Assembly (NCBI GenBank): GCA_943788175.1
Contig: CALSPG010000001.1
Coordinates: forward strand, 320,001 to 384,000
Reading direction: 5' to 3'
Length of the DNA: 64,000 bases
Source: an uncultured bacterium
Lineage (GTDB): Bacteria; Fidelibacterota; Marinisomatia; Marinisomatales; UBA1611
Shown: positions 18,175 to 28,965 of the stretch, piece by piece
Layout: every line of letters begins with the position of its first letter
How positions within the stretch are numbered: position 1 is the first letter of the stretch
Made by a program: the position numbers and the translations under genes
Notes under the pieces: generated by a model
Told to the model about the DNA's origin: nothing
The model's database searches: none
What the model saw: only the letters and a program-made list of their open reading frames with translations

Positions 18175-20546
18175 ACTCTTAATTTAGCATTAAAATTCTT
18201 TTGAGCAATATCTATAATTTCATCAATAATAGGGTTTACATCTTTGTCTTCAAGTGTTTTTTCTTTGTGCTGGAATACCATTTCGAATACGACGCTTTTT
18301 TTATTTTCACCTATACTTTCAGCATCTTCAAATATTTCGACAGGGTAATAATCAATAAGGTCCTCACCGGCTTTATCTTTGATGAGATTTAAAACAGGTT
18401 TTATACTATCAGGTTGGTCCATCACTAAATTTATTCTTCTCGCCATTTTCGGAAGCGCATTTATAGGTTCAAATTTCATCACGCTTTTTGAAAAATTTAA
18501 TTTTTCAATGCAAATATCAAATGCAAACATATCTACCTTATCTACCTTAAGCGTTTTAAATATATTTTTAGATAATTTTCCAAAAGATCCAATTAAATCA
18601 TCTTTATAAGATATAGTAAAACCAAATTCGTAAAATGTGTCCTCACTATCTATTATATCTAAGTTTTTATAGACTTTTTCGCCAAGTAAGGATGCTAAGA
18701 TTCCTTTTAAGGAGAAGATATCGAATAATACTTCATCTGAATGGACTGAGGACTTTTGTTCAATACCAAAAACAATTCCAGCTAAACGAATTTCTTCGCT
18801 CATTTGGTTGAGTTTTTGGCCAGACTGTGTGTGAATATTTGCTAACTCATATAATCTAATTGATTTAATAGAATTTTTTATATTTAAATGTGCAGCTTTA
18901 ATTAGGTTAGGAATCAATGAAGTTCTTAGGTACGCCATATCTTTATTAAGCGGATTTAGCATAGCAATAGAATTATCACCAATTATATTCGCAGTCATTT
19001 TATTTTGAAGAGAATTAGAATAGTGTTGAAAAAAGCCTAAACTAGACATGGTCTCTCTAAATTTTTGTAAATATGACTGAGGATCACTATCTTCTACGAC
19101 CATGTCTCCGTATAAGGAATTGTCTGCTGGAATATTATCATAACCATATATACGCGCAATCTCTTCAATTAAATCTATTTCTCTCGAAATATCTGGACGG
19201 TATGATGCTGGAATACACTCTAATTCACTATCATCTAGTGAAGAAACCTCACAACCAACGCCCTTAAGAATATCTACAATTTTTTTAGGCTTAACTTCTA
19301 AACCAATAATTTGTGTCACTTCAGATAAACGTAAACGAATTACTGGCCTAGTAAACTCATTAGAGATTAAATCTAAATACTCCCCCTGAAATTCCCCATC
19401 CGCATACTTTTCAATTAAAGCAACAATTCGCCAAAAAGCATTTGTAGTAGCCTCAGGGTCAGCACCTCTCTCAAATCTCTTTGAGGCCTCGGTACTTAAT
19501 CGTAAAGATTTGGAAGATTTTCGTACAGTTACAGGATCAAAATAAGCGCTTTCGATAAAAACCGTAGTGGTTTTTTCATCTACAGCACTTTCTAGTCCCC
19601 CCATTACGCCTGCAATGGCAATAGGATTTATGCCATCAGATATAACTAAATGTGTTTCATCGAGTTCTAACGAATTTTGATCAAGTGTTTTTATAGTTTC
19701 TTTTTTCTTAGCTCTGCGTACCAATATTTCATTACTTTGAACCTTTTCCCAATCAAATATATGAGTAGGTTGTCCCATTTCCATTAATACATAATTTGAA
19801 ATATCTACTAAGTTATTTATCGGTCTTTGCCCAACGGCTATTAATCTTTCTTGCATCCATTGTGGACTCGGTTTGATAGAAACATTAGATAAAAGACCAC
19901 CAACATATCGAGAACAGTCATTTTGATCATCAATCGTTAAACTAAAACTAGGTTTAAATTCTTTTACTTTTGAAGTAAATGAATGAGAAACTAATTCTCT
20001 GCCTAAAATAACAGATATGTCTCTAGCTACACCATAGTGAGAAAACGCATCAGGTCTATTTGGAGTTATATCTAGCTCAATATTTAAATATCTATAGCCA
20101 TATTCTTTAAAAAATTCACCTCCAATATTACATGTTTCAGGTAGTACTAATATGCCATCATGTTCATCACTAATATTTAATTCTTTAGCAGAGCAAATCA
20201 TTCCACTAGATTCAACACCTCTTAATTTGATTTTTTCTAATTTAAATCCTCCTGGAAGTACAGATCCCACTTTTGCATAAGCAATTATTTGACCTGCTTG
20301 AACATTTGGTGCTCCACAAACAACTTGATAATTATTCTCTCCGTCGTTTACGCTGCAAACATTTAGCCTATCTGCATTGGGATGTCTTTCAACAGAAAGT
20401 ACTTTTCCAATAATAACATTACTTATTTCACTAAAAGAGTCAGTATACTCTGCCTCTAGACCCACAGAAGATAGTATTTCAGATAATTCTTCAGGCGTTT
20501 CTTTTATGTCAACAAAATCTTTTAACCAATCAATTGAAACTATCAT
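18171..20546 (-). CDS. pheT: Phenylalanine--tRNA ligase beta subunit
   Basis: HPNADRL, VCGAPNV, ITPNRPD, RPDISREIDLIEE. Confidence 0.97.
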   Translation of the reverse strand: MIVSIDWLKDFVDIKETPEELSEILSSVGLEAEYTDSFSEISNVIIGKVLSVERHPNADRLNVCSVNDGENNYQVVCGAPNVQAGQIIAYAKVGSVLPGGFKLEKIKLRGVESSGMICSAKELNISDEHDGILVLPETCNIGGEFFKEYGYRYLNIELDITPNRPDAFSHYGVARDISVILGRELVSHSFTSKVKEFKPSFSLTIDDQNDCSRYVGGLLSNVSIKPSPQWMQERLIAVGQRPINNLVDISNYVLMEMGQPTHIFDWEKVQSNEILVRRAKKKETIKTLDQNSLELDETHLVISDGINPIAIAGVMGGLESAVDEKTTTVFIESAYFDPVTVRKSSKSLRLSTEASKRFERGADPEATTNAFWRIVALIEKYADGEFQGEYLDLISNEFTRPVIRLRLSEVTQIIGLEVKPKKIVDILKGVGCEVSSLDDSELECIPASYRPDISREIDLIEEIARIYGYDNIPADNSLYGDMVVEDSDPQSYLQKFRETMSSLGFFQHYSNSLQNKMTANIIGDNSIAMLNPLNKDMAYLRTSLIPNLIKAAHLNIKNSIKSIRLYELANIHTQSGQKLNQMSEEIRLAGIVFGIEQKSSVHSDEVLFDIFSLKGILASLLGEKVYKNLDIIDSEDTFYEFGFTISYKDDLIGSFGKLSKNIFKTLKVDKVDMFAFDICIEKLNFSKSVMKFEPINALPKMARRINLVMDQPDSIKPVLNLIKDKAGEDLIDYYPVEIFEDAESIGENKKSVVFEMVFQHKEKTLEDKDVNPIIDEIIDIAQKNFNAKLRV

Positions 20547-21526
20547 TAGAACTGCCTTAGAAACCTAACATCACCATTATAAAATAAACGAATATCGTCA
20601 ATATCATGCTTTAACATAGCTATTCTCTCAACACCCATTCCAAAAGCATAACCTCTCCAAACATTAGTGTCATAACCGACGCTTTTAAATACTTCAGGGT
20701 CTACCATACCACAGCCTAGAATTTCCATCCACTGATTACGTTGTTCATCCCAAATATCTACTTCAGCGCTTGGTTCAGTGAAAGGGAAATAGCTAGGTCT
20801 CCAACGCATCTTACGATTTGCACCAAACATTTTCTTTGCAAAATACTCTAGGCAGCCTTTAAGCTGAGAAAAACTAACGTTTTTATCAACGAATAAACCT
20901 TCTACTTGATGAAAAAGGCAATAACTTTTGTAACTAATAGCCTCATTTCTGTATACCCGACCAGGAACTATAAATCTTAAGGGAGGATCCTCTTCTTCCA
21001 TTAAATGAATTTGAACATTTGAAGTATGTGTTCTTAATACAATGTCTTTATCAATGAAAAAAGTGTCCTGCATATCACGAGCAGGGTGATGCTCAGGAAC
21101 ATTTAATGCGCTGAAATTATGATAATCATCATCGATTTCAGGACCGTATGCAACATTGAAACCTATCTCGGAAAATATTTTTTTTATATCAAGCATTGTC
21201 TGTTCTAAAATATGTATTGAACCAGCAGAATAAATCTTCTCTGGCATAAAAATATCGATTTTATTAGAATCAGAAACAGAATTGGAATTACTATTTAAGG
21301 AAGCGAGCTTATCATTTAATTCAATTTTTAACTGGTTTAGCAATTGACCGAACAATGGTTTATCTTCTTTAGAGACTTGACCTAATTGTTTAAACAAATT
21401 TGTAACTAAACCATTACGGCTGAGGTATTTTTGTTTTAACATATCTGTACCTGAGGATTCAGATACAGTAGCAAAATCGGTTAAAAAATCGTTTTTAACC
21501 GATTCAATACTATCTTTTAAAGACAT
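20546..21526 (-). CDS. pheS: Phenylalanine--tRNA ligase alpha subunit
   Basis: HPARDMQDTF, LRTHTS, FPFTEPSAE, AFGMGVER. Confidence 0.98.
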   Translation of the reverse strand: MSLKDSIESVKNDFLTDFATVSESSGTDMLKQKYLSRNGLVTNLFKQLGQVSKEDKPLFGQLLNQLKIELNDKLASLNSNSNSVSDSNKIDIFMPEKIYSAGSIHILEQTMLDIKKIFSEIGFNVAYGPEIDDDYHNFSALNVPEHHPARDMQDTFFIDKDIVLRTHTSNVQIHLMEEEDPPLRFIVPGRVYRNEAISYKSYCLFHQVEGLFVDKNVSFSQLKGCLEYFAKKMFGANRKMRWRPSYFPFTEPSAEVDIWDEQRNQWMEILGCGMVDPEVFKSVGYDTNVWRGYAFGMGVERIAMLKHDIDDIRLFYNGDVRFLRQF

Positions 21527-21530
21527 TAAA

Positions 21531-21878
21531 CTAGTTTTTGACAGAATTCACCAAGTCGGTGAATGACTGCGGATCTTGAAGAGCAAGATCTGCAAGAACT
21601 TTTCTATTTAGTTCAATCCCTTTAACATTCAACGCATTGATAAACGCTGAATATGTTATATCATTAAGTCTACAAGCTGCATTAATACGCACGATCCATA
21701 AACGACGAAACTGACGTTTCCTCTGTCTTCTATCTCTATATGCATATAAACCAGCCTTGACAACTGCGTCCTTCGCAGACTTGAATGTTCGGCTCCGGGC
21801 ACCATAGTAGCCCTTGGCCTGTTTTATTATCTTCCGATGCCTACGATGTCTAGGTACGGAACTATTTGCGCGTGGCAT
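21531..21878 (-). CDS. rplT: 50S ribosomal protein L20
   Basis: [30 protein letters not shown]. Confidence 0.98.
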   Translation of the reverse strand: MPRANSSVPRHRRHRKIIKQAKGYYGARSRTFKSAKDAVVKAGLYAYRDRRQRKRQFRRLWIVRINAACRLNDITYSAFINALNVKGIELNRKVLADLALQDPQSFTDLVNSVKN

Positions 21879-21894
21879 ATTTTAATCTCCTAAA

Positions 21895-22089
21895 CTAAAC
21901 ACATAACATACGTCGAACATTCCTACGATCTCCAGCAGCTACAAAGTCGCTTTGCCTCATATTGCGTTTTGCTTTATTGGAACGACGAACAAGCATGTGT
22001 CTATGGTTTGCTTTGTTTCTCTTAAGTTTACCTGATGCTGTTAATTTAAAACGTTTAGCAGCACCACGTCTTGTTTTCATTTTTGGCAT
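21895..22089 (-). CDS. rpmI: 50S ribosomal protein L35
   Basis: MPKMKTRRGAAKRFKLTASGK. Confidence 0.98.
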   Translation of the reverse strand: MPKMKTRRGAAKRFKLTASGKLKRNKANHRHMLVRRSNKAKRNMRQSDFVAAGDRRNVRRMLCV

Positions 22090-22098
22090 AATAATCCT

Positions 22099-22614
22099 TT
22101 ATTGTTTGGCTGACAAAACAACCGACATCCTTCTTCCTTCTAAGGGGATGTCCTTTTCTACTTCCGCAATAGCGGATAATTCTTCTATTACTCTATCCAT
22201 AACATCCTTTCCAAGGTCGATTCTGGATAATTCCCTACCCCTAAAAATTAATGTAATCTTAAGCTTACATCCATCATTTAAAAACTTTTTTCCCATATTC
22301 AATTTTGTCATTAAATCATGCTCTTCAATACGGGGTCTAAGTCTAATTTCTTTTAACTTAATTACATGCTGTTTCTTTTTGTTTATTTGGATTTTTTTCT
22401 TTTCTTCGTATTTAAGTTTTCCAAAATTCACGATCCTACATACTGGAGGAACGGCATTTGGTGAAACTTCCATAAGATCCAAACCATCATCTTGCGCTTT
22501 TTCAAGAGCATCTTCCGTCAAAACAATTCCTAACTGCTCACCATCTACGCTTATTAAACGAACTTCTTTTGCAGTTATTCTTTCATTTAATCGTTGCGTC
22601 TGTTTTTTAGCTAT
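22099..22614 (-). CDS. infC: Translation initiation factor IF-3 (non-canonical ATA start)
   Basis: The frame extends upstream of the ORF-track start (AKKQTQRLNERITAKEVRLISVDGEQLG) to an ATA at 22614, with AGGAG 8 nt upstream; it overlaps the thrS stop. Confidence 0.93.
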   Translation of the reverse strand: MAKKQTQRLNERITAKEVRLISVDGEQLGIVLTEDALEKAQDDGLDLMEVSPNAVPPVCRIVNFGKLKYEEKKKIQINKKKQHVIKLKEIRLRPRIEEHDLMTKLNMGKKFLNDGCKLKITLIFRGRELSRIDLGKDVMDRVIEELSAIAEVEKDIPLEGRRMSVVLSAKQ

Positions 22615-24553
22615 GAGTCAAACTCCTATCTTTTATTTCATTTACTAGGGTGGAAAGTAATATGTCTTGATTGACAGTTCCTAAATCTCCTGAAAACTTT
22701 CTTCGAACCGAAACAGTGTTATTTTCTTGCTCTTTTGGTCCAACTATTAACATAACATTCACTCTGTTAATCTCTGCTTTCCTAATTTTTGCACCTACCT
22801 TATCGGATCTATCATCTAACATAGCGCGAATATCATGATCAATAAGCTTATTTGTAATGCTTCTTGCATAATCATTAACCTTTTCAGAAACTGGTAAAAC
22901 AGCAACCTGCACTGGAGCAAGCCATAGTGGAAAATTTCCACCAAAGTGTTCTATCAAGAAGCCAATGAACCGTTCATGCGTACTTAATGGTGCTCTATGA
23001 ATACAAATCGGAGTCTGCTGATTTCCATTTTTATCTTTATAACTTAAATCAAATCTTTCAGGCACAACAAAATCAACTTGATTAGTAGCAAGCGTAAACT
23101 CTTTTCCAATAGCACTCCAGACTTGGACATCTATTTTAGGTCCATAAAAAGCTGCTTCGCCAGGAACCTCAATGTAGTTAAAGCCGCCTTCATCGAGAGC
23201 CTCTCGAACCCATTGTTCTGTTTCCAACCAAAGCTCAGGTTCATCAACATACTTATCTCCGAGATGCTTTTTGTCGTGCAAGCTTAGACGCATGGTATAT
23301 TTTTTGATATCAAAAAGTTCAAAATATTCTAAATACATTTTACAAACGTTTATGAACTCTTCTTTGAATTGATCAGCGCTGCAATAAATATGGGCATCAT
23401 TCATTTGTAAACTTCGAACTCGCATTAAACCAAAAAGTTGCCCGGATTTTTCATACCTGTAGCAAGTGCCATATTCAGAAAGCCGAACAGGCATATCTCT
23501 ATAACTTCTTGGAATTGCAGAAAATATTTTATGGTGGTGCGGGCAGTTCATAGGCTTAACATAATAATCTGCGCCGTCAATACTCATCTCTGGGTACATA
23601 GAATCTTTATAGTGTTCGAGATGTCCGGACCGTTCATAGATAGTTCCTTTCGTTAAATGAGGCGTCCTCACCTGATCAAATCCAGCTTTTTTCTCCGTCT
23701 GTTTAGCAAGCCTTTCAAGCTCTTCAATCATAACGGTACCGTTTGGTAACCATAGTGGTAAACCAGGACCAACTTCTTCATCAAAAGCAAAAAGGTTAAG
23801 TTCCTTACCAAGCTTACGGTGATCTCGTTTTTTTGCTTCTTCTAAATTGTGTAAGTGTGTTTTTAATGCATCGTTAGTAGAAAAAACTGTACCATATATT
23901 CTTTGAAGCATTTTATTGTTTTCATCACCGCGCCAGTACGCACCCGATGTTGACAGCAACTTAAAATATTTAATTTTAGAAGTATTTGAAACATGTGGTC
24001 CACGACAAAGGTCCGTAAAGCTAGTCTGTGAATATGCTGATATAATATCATTGGGGTCTATTTCTTTAATAATTTCTACTTTGTAGGACTCACCCATGTC
24101 ATCAAACATTTTGACCGCATCTGATGCAGAAATTTCCATTCTTGATATTTCTTGGGAAGATTTTGCTAACTCTTTCATTCTATTTTCAATATTTTGAATA
24201 ACTTCATCGGTGAAAGGAATATCAACATCGAAATCGTAGTAAAAGCCATTTTCAATAGTTGGACCAATTGTAACCTTAGCTTTAGGGAAGAGGTCTTTCA
24301 CAGCCTGAGCCATAAGGTGTGCTGTTGAATGTAAAAGAGTGTCATGGCCCTCAACAGAATCACCTGTAAAAAGCTCGAGACTACAGTCATTTTCTATAGC
24401 AAAGTTTAAGTCTTTCAAAATGCCGTCTATTTTTGCTACAACAACGGCTCGGGCAAGGCCAGGTCCAATACTATCAGCCACTTCTTGAGGAGTAGTACCT
24501 ACTGTCATACTCTTATAAGAATCGTCTGGAAGTTTTATTTTAATCTTTTTCAT
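22607..24553 (-). CDS. thrS: Threonine--tRNA ligase
   Basis: TGS domain, HSTAHL, DLCRGPH, KPMNCP, AAFYGPKID. Confidence 0.98.
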   Translation of the reverse strand: MKKIKIKLPDDSYKSMTVGTTPQEVADSIGPGLARAVVVAKIDGILKDLNFAIENDCSLELFTGDSVEGHDTLLHSTAHLMAQAVKDLFPKAKVTIGPTIENGFYYDFDVDIPFTDEVIQNIENRMKELAKSSQEISRMEISASDAVKMFDDMGESYKVEIIKEIDPNDIISAYSQTSFTDLCRGPHVSNTSKIKYFKLLSTSGAYWRGDENNKMLQRIYGTVFSTNDALKTHLHNLEEAKKRDHRKLGKELNLFAFDEEVGPGLPLWLPNGTVMIEELERLAKQTEKKAGFDQVRTPHLTKGTIYERSGHLEHYKDSMYPEMSIDGADYYVKPMNCPHHHKIFSAIPRSYRDMPVRLSEYGTCYRYEKSGQLFGLMRVRSLQMNDAHIYCSADQFKEEFINVCKMYLEYFELFDIKKYTMRLSLHDKKHLGDKYVDEPELWLETEQWVREALDEGGFNYIEVPGEAAFYGPKIDVQVWSAIGKEFTLATNQVDFVVPERFDLSYKDKNGNQQTPICIHRAPLSTHERFIGFLIEHFGGNFPLWLAPVQVAVLPVSEKVNDYARSITNKLIDHDIRAMLDDRSDKVGAKIRKAEINRVNVMLIVGPKEQENNTVSVRRKFSGDLGTVNQDILLSTLVNEIKDRSLTHS

Positions 24554-24562
24554 AAATAAAAG

Positions 24563-24636
24563 TGGGCGATGACGGATTCGAACCGCCGGCCTCTACGATG
24601 TCAACGTAGCGCTCTAACCAACTGAGCTAATCGCCC
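24563..24636 (-). tRNA. tRNA-Val(GAC)
   Basis: GGGCGAT acceptor stem, anticodon arm CTACG-TTGACAT-CGTAG, GGTTCGAATCC T-arm. Confidence 0.96.
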
Positions 24637-24662
24637 TTTTCATAATAAAATTACAAAATTTA

Positions 24663-26303
24663 TCACTGAATAAATACATCTCTATAAGTAAAAGGGTCTT
24701 CTAAGATACTTATCGCTTTTGAAATATCATTATCAATTGTTTTTGAAACACTCATCCTACCTTCTTCTCCATCAAAATGCTTCGCAAATTCCATTAGCAT
24801 CCATTCATTGATATCGTTCTTTTCTCTATCAAATTGTGTGATTGCTTTTTCTTCGAAATAAGAATCCAGCAAATCAATTGCTCCGGTTATTGATATATCA
24901 TTGCTATCAAGCAGCATAAGCTTTTCTCTTGCGTCAATATAGTTATTTTCGCCATCGAGCTTGATATCTAGATCTTCTTCATGACTCATTATGTAATTTT
25001 CTATCTTTGATATTAAGACAGGGTCATTTTTAACGCTCTCATAAGAATCATATAAATGTTTATTTTTTTGGACATATGAAAAGAATAGCCCTTTACGAAG
25101 GCTAGCAAAAAGAATTGGCTTCCTTTCATCATTTTCAATTACGTAATCAGGCGTAATTCCTTTTCCACCTTTTACCTCACGCCCACCTACTGTTTCAAAC
25201 AGAGAATCTGCTTTTACAGTGTCTGCTAAAATCTCTTCAGGGAGATACCCATCTCGTTGAATAAGTCTACCACTAGGTATATAATACTTTGCAGTTGTAA
25301 CCTTTAAAGCTTTATTCCTATCTAAATTATATACAGTTTGAACCAAACCTTTCCCAAAAGATTGACGACCTACAACAATACCTCTATCTAAATCTTGCAT
25401 AACTCCAGCGACAATCTCGCTTGCTGAAGCACTGCCACCATTAATTAAAACAGCTATTTGAATATCATCCGATACGATTGGATCGCTTTTGCTGAAATAT
25501 TTTTTATTTGATTGTCTAGCTTTTCCAGAAGTCCAAACTAACAACTCATCTTTTTCAATAAACATATCTAATATTGAAACAGCAGAATTAAGCAAGCCTC
25601 CAGGGTTATCTCTCAAATCTAAAACGATACTAGATAGATCATTGTTTGATAAACTAACAATAGCTTTTTCAACTTCTGCTGCAGAATTCTTGGAAAACCT
25701 ATTTAATCGTATATAACCAATCGTTTCATCTAGCATACCATAATAACTAACATCTTTAACCGGTATATCTTCCCTTGTTAATATAAAATCTAAAGGAGCC
25801 CCCTCACTAAACCTTTCGATAGTAAGTGTAACGTCCGTTCCTTCTTTTCCTCTAATTAACTTAGCAGCATCTTCCATAGACATGGATTTCGTATCATTGC
25901 CATCTATTTTAATTAAAATATCACCAGCCATTATTCCCGCTCTTTTTGCTGGGGAATCTTCTGTTGGAGCTATCACTGTAATAGCATCGTCTCTTTTTCC
26001 AATTTGTATGCCAACACCGCCATATTTACCTTTGGTTAACATGTCTAGATTGCTTTTTTGATCATCAACAAGGTATACCGTATAAGGGTCAAGATCGGAC
26101 AACATATTATCAATACTCATTTTCGTAAACTTTTCAAGGTCTATATCATCAACATAGTGAGTAATTAAATACTTGTATACGCTGTTTATGGTTCTTTGAC
26201 TGTCTTTTATTTTTCTGTATATATCCTGCTTTGTGGCAGCAATCGCAACAAATGAAAAAAAGATTATAAAAATAGTTTTTAATTTTATGTTAAATAATCT
26301 CAT
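24663..26303 (-). CDS. S41 carboxy-terminal processing protease
   Basis: LDPYT, PDZ GVGI, DLRDNPGG, SASASEI, FGKG. Confidence 0.95.
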   Translation of the reverse strand: MRLFNIKLKTIFIIFFSFVAIAATKQDIYRKIKDSQRTINSVYKYLITHYVDDIDLEKFTKMSIDNMLSDLDPYTVYLVDDQKSNLDMLTKGKYGGVGIQIGKRDDAITVIAPTEDSPAKRAGIMAGDILIKIDGNDTKSMSMEDAAKLIRGKEGTDVTLTIERFSEGAPLDFILTREDIPVKDVSYYGMLDETIGYIRLNRFSKNSAAEVEKAIVSLSNNDLSSIVLDLRDNPGGLLNSAVSILDMFIEKDELLVWTSGKARQSNKKYFSKSDPIVSDDIQIAVLINGGSASASEIVAGVMQDLDRGIVVGRQSFGKGLVQTVYNLDRNKALKVTTAKYYIPSGRLIQRDGYLPEEILADTVKADSLFETVGGREVKGGKGITPDYVIENDERKPILFASLRKGLFFSYVQKNKHLYDSYESVKNDPVLISKIENYIMSHEEDLDIKLDGENNYIDAREKLMLLDSNDISITGAIDLLDSYFEEKAITQFDREKNDINEWMLMEFAKHFDGEEGRMSVSKTIDNDISKAISILEDPFTYRDVFIQ

Positions 26304-26922
26304 CTAAAGTCCTGTCTCTAGTAACGTTCCATATATAATTGGAAATTTCATCAACGCTTAAATTACCATCAATTATTACGCATCTGTCACCAAAGTTATC
26401 TACAATTTCTAAATACTTCTGCCTGATATCGTTTTGAAAATCTAAACCAGCGCTTTCAATTCTATCAGAGGATAATCCTTTCCTCCTTTGAAATCCCACC
26501 TCAGGTTCGATATCAATATAAAAAGTCAAATTTGGTTCTATTCCATAGGTTGCAAACTGATTTAATTTAATGAGCCAATCTAAATTAAGACCTCGTCCAC
26601 CACCTTGATATGCTAAAGTAGAGTCCGCATACCTATCCGCAATTATCCATTTCCCAGCTTTCAATGCAGGGGAAATAATATCTTTCGTTAATTGCGCTCT
26701 GCTAGCACACATTAATAATGCTTCTGACCTTGATGACATTTCATCTTCTCGGTTATTTAATAATACTGAACGAATTTCTTCAGATATAGAAGTACCACCA
26801 GGTTCTCTAAGGAATAGAGTCTCTATATTTAATGACTGCAGCTTTTCTACCAGTATTTTTGCCTGTGTAGATTTCCCTGACCCATCAATACCTTCGAAGG
26901 TTATAAAGTGGTTTTTAGTCAA
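26290..26922 (-). CDS. tmk: Thymidylate kinase
   Basis: FEGIDGSGKST, REPGG, DRY..ST.AYQG. Confidence 0.97.
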   Translation of the reverse strand: MTKNHFITFEGIDGSGKSTQAKILVEKLQSLNIETLFLREPGGTSISEEIRSVLLNNREDEMSSRSEALLMCASRAQLTKDIISPALKAGKWIIADRYADSTLAYQGGGRGLNLDWLIKLNQFATYGIEPNLTFYIDIEPEVGFQRRKGLSSDRIESAGLDFQNDIRQKYLEIVDNFGDRCVIIDGNLSVDEISNYIWNVTRDRTLDEII

Positions 26923-27616
26923 AATAAATATTTTTGTCGTCTTTACTTACAAGTAAAACGCACTCACCTTTATATGTTTTTGTTTCAAGAATTTCTAAAA
27001 GGCTAGACAAGGTTCCTCTAATTATTTCCTCATAAATCTTTGTAATCTCTCTGCAAATAACTGCCGGTCTATCACCAAGAATTTCGAATAGCTGCTTAAC
27101 AGTTCTTTTAAGCCTATTACTGTTTTCATAAAAAATGATTGTCGCTTCTACATCTTTTAAATTCTCAATAATCTTTTTACGACCTTTTTTTGGCGGCAAG
27201 AAACCTTCAAATATAAACCTATCGGTAGGTAAACCTGAGCTGACTAAGGATGCTAAAACAGCAGAAGCACCTGGAATAGGCTCTATCTTACTACCAATTT
27301 CAATTGCTCTTCGAACTAGCTTGTAAGCAGGATCTGATATAGCTGGGGTACCTGCATCCGTTATAACCGCCACATCATAATTATCTTTTAAAACCTCCTC
27401 AATTCTCAATAATCGTTGGAATTTGTTGTGTTCATAATAACTTATCATTTTTGTTTTTATATTGTATCGAGATAAAAGAATTTTTGATCTTCTAGTGTCT
27501 TCAGCAGCTATAAGATTAACTGTTTTCAGTATATTAACAGCTCTGAATGTAATATCTTCAAGATTTCCTATCGGAGTGGATACCAGGTACAAAGTACCAA
27601 TATTGTCTTTAATCAA
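26915..27616 (-). CDS. rsmI: 16S rRNA C1402 2'-O-methyltransferase
   Basis: LYLVSTPIGNLEDIT, AEDTR, DAGTP.ISDP, REITK. Confidence 0.96.
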   Translation of the reverse strand: MIKDNIGTLYLVSTPIGNLEDITFRAVNILKTVNLIAAEDTRRSKILLSRYNIKTKMISYYEHNKFQRLLRIEEVLKDNYDVAVITDAGTPAISDPAYKLVRRAIEIGSKIEPIPGASAVLASLVSSGLPTDRFIFEGFLPPKKGRKKIIENLKDVEATIIFYENSNRLKRTVKQLFEILGDRPAVICREITKIYEEIIRGTLSSLLEILETKTYKGECVLLVSKDDKNIYFD

Positions 27617-28964
27617 TTTTTAATTTGTTTAAACATTTTTTTATCGCATCCATGCCAATATTTATATCATCTTTAGTAATATTTAAATGCGGTCTAAAAC
27701 GTATAGATTTTTGCCCTGAACCGAGAACAATAACTTTATTTTCCATTAGCATCGATGCTAGTTCATCCCGATGATTTGAGTCTGGAAGATCAAAAGCGCA
27801 AAATAAACCTTTCCCCCTGGCATTGGACACGAGATCTGAATAATCTGCTTGAATATTTTTCAATTGATCTAGCAGATAATTACCATTTTGTTTTGCATTA
27901 TTCACGAGGTTTTCTTGCTCCATAATTTCTAAATATATTGTAAACCTAACCATATCAACTAAATTCCCTCCCCAAGTGGAATTAATACGACTAGACTCTT
28001 GAAACACATTGTTTTCAACCTCGTTAATTCTATTACCAGCAAATATGCCACAGCACTGGGTTTTCTTGCCAAAGCTTATAATATCTGGTTCCATTGGCAT
28101 GCACCTAGTTTTAGAGCCACAATCACAGACTACTTTACATAAGTGTTGGTGAGCCCACATCTCACCAGTAATTCCAGCACCGGTTTGGACCTCATCAAAA
28201 ATCAATAGCATATCATTTTCTAAGCATAACTGTTTTAATTCTATCAAAAATTCGGGTCTAAAATGATTATCACCGCCTTCACCCTGGATAGGCTCAATAA
28301 TAATACAAGCTATATCATGTGGGTTTTTTAAGATAGCATCTTTAATTTGATTTAAAGAAACAGTTTCTCTCGCTATTACATCAGCTATATTTTCCTCGTT
28401 TAAAGGAAAATTGATATTAGGCGTTGATACGCGAGGCCAATTAAATTTTGGAAAATACATCACTTTTCTTGGATCTGGAGAGTCTGTCAAAGACATCGTG
28501 TATCCAGAACGACCGTGAAAACACTTCTCAAAATGCAATACCTGAGAACCAATTTCACCATGACCTTTTTCAATATTTTTTCTAACTTTCCAATCAAATG
28601 CAGCTTTTAATGCATTTTCTACTGCTAATGCGCCACCTGAGACATAAAATGAATGCGGCAAATAATCTGGTTGCGCTACTCTCCCCATAGTATCTACAAA
28701 TTCTGCCATTGCGATAGAATAGATATCCGAATTAGTAGGTTTATTTATCGCACTCGCAAGAAGCCTGTTTTTATTCTCCAAAACATAAGGATGATTGTAT
28801 CCAACAGATAGTGATGCAAACATAGAAAAAAGATCTAAGTACTTATCACCACTAGTACCATCAACTAACCAGCTACCATGGCTTTTTTCTAAATCAATAA
28901 CTGGAGACATTCCGTCAGCGAGCATATGATTACCTATTACTTTATGAACATCAGAATATTTCAT
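27609..28964 (-). CDS. lat: L-lysine 6-transaminase
   Basis: NKPTNSD, GALAVENALKAAFDWK, FHGRSGY, EPIQGEGGD, FGKKTQ, RINSTWGG. Confidence 0.93.
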   Translation of the reverse strand: MKYSDVHKVIGNHMLADGMSPVIDLEKSHGSWLVDGTSGDKYLDLFSMFASLSVGYNHPYVLENKNRLLASAINKPTNSDIYSIAMAEFVDTMGRVAQPDYLPHSFYVSGGALAVENALKAAFDWKVRKNIEKGHGEIGSQVLHFEKCFHGRSGYTMSLTDSPDPRKVMYFPKFNWPRVSTPNINFPLNEENIADVIARETVSLNQIKDAILKNPHDIACIIIEPIQGEGGDNHFRPEFLIELKQLCLENDMLLIFDEVQTGAGITGEMWAHQHLCKVVCDCGSKTRCMPMEPDIISFGKKTQCCGIFAGNRINEVENNVFQESSRINSTWGGNLVDMVRFTIYLEIMEQENLVNNAKQNGNYLLDQLKNIQADYSDLVSNARGKGLFCAFDLPDSNHRDELASMLMENKVIVLGSGQKSIRFRPHLNITKDDINIGMDAIKKCLNKLKID

Positions 28965-28965
28965 A

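Noticed and set aside
21962-22648. 228-aa plus-strand ORF
   Set aside because: Antisense shadow of infC/rpmI. The other short antisense ORFs in the track were dismissed for the same reason.
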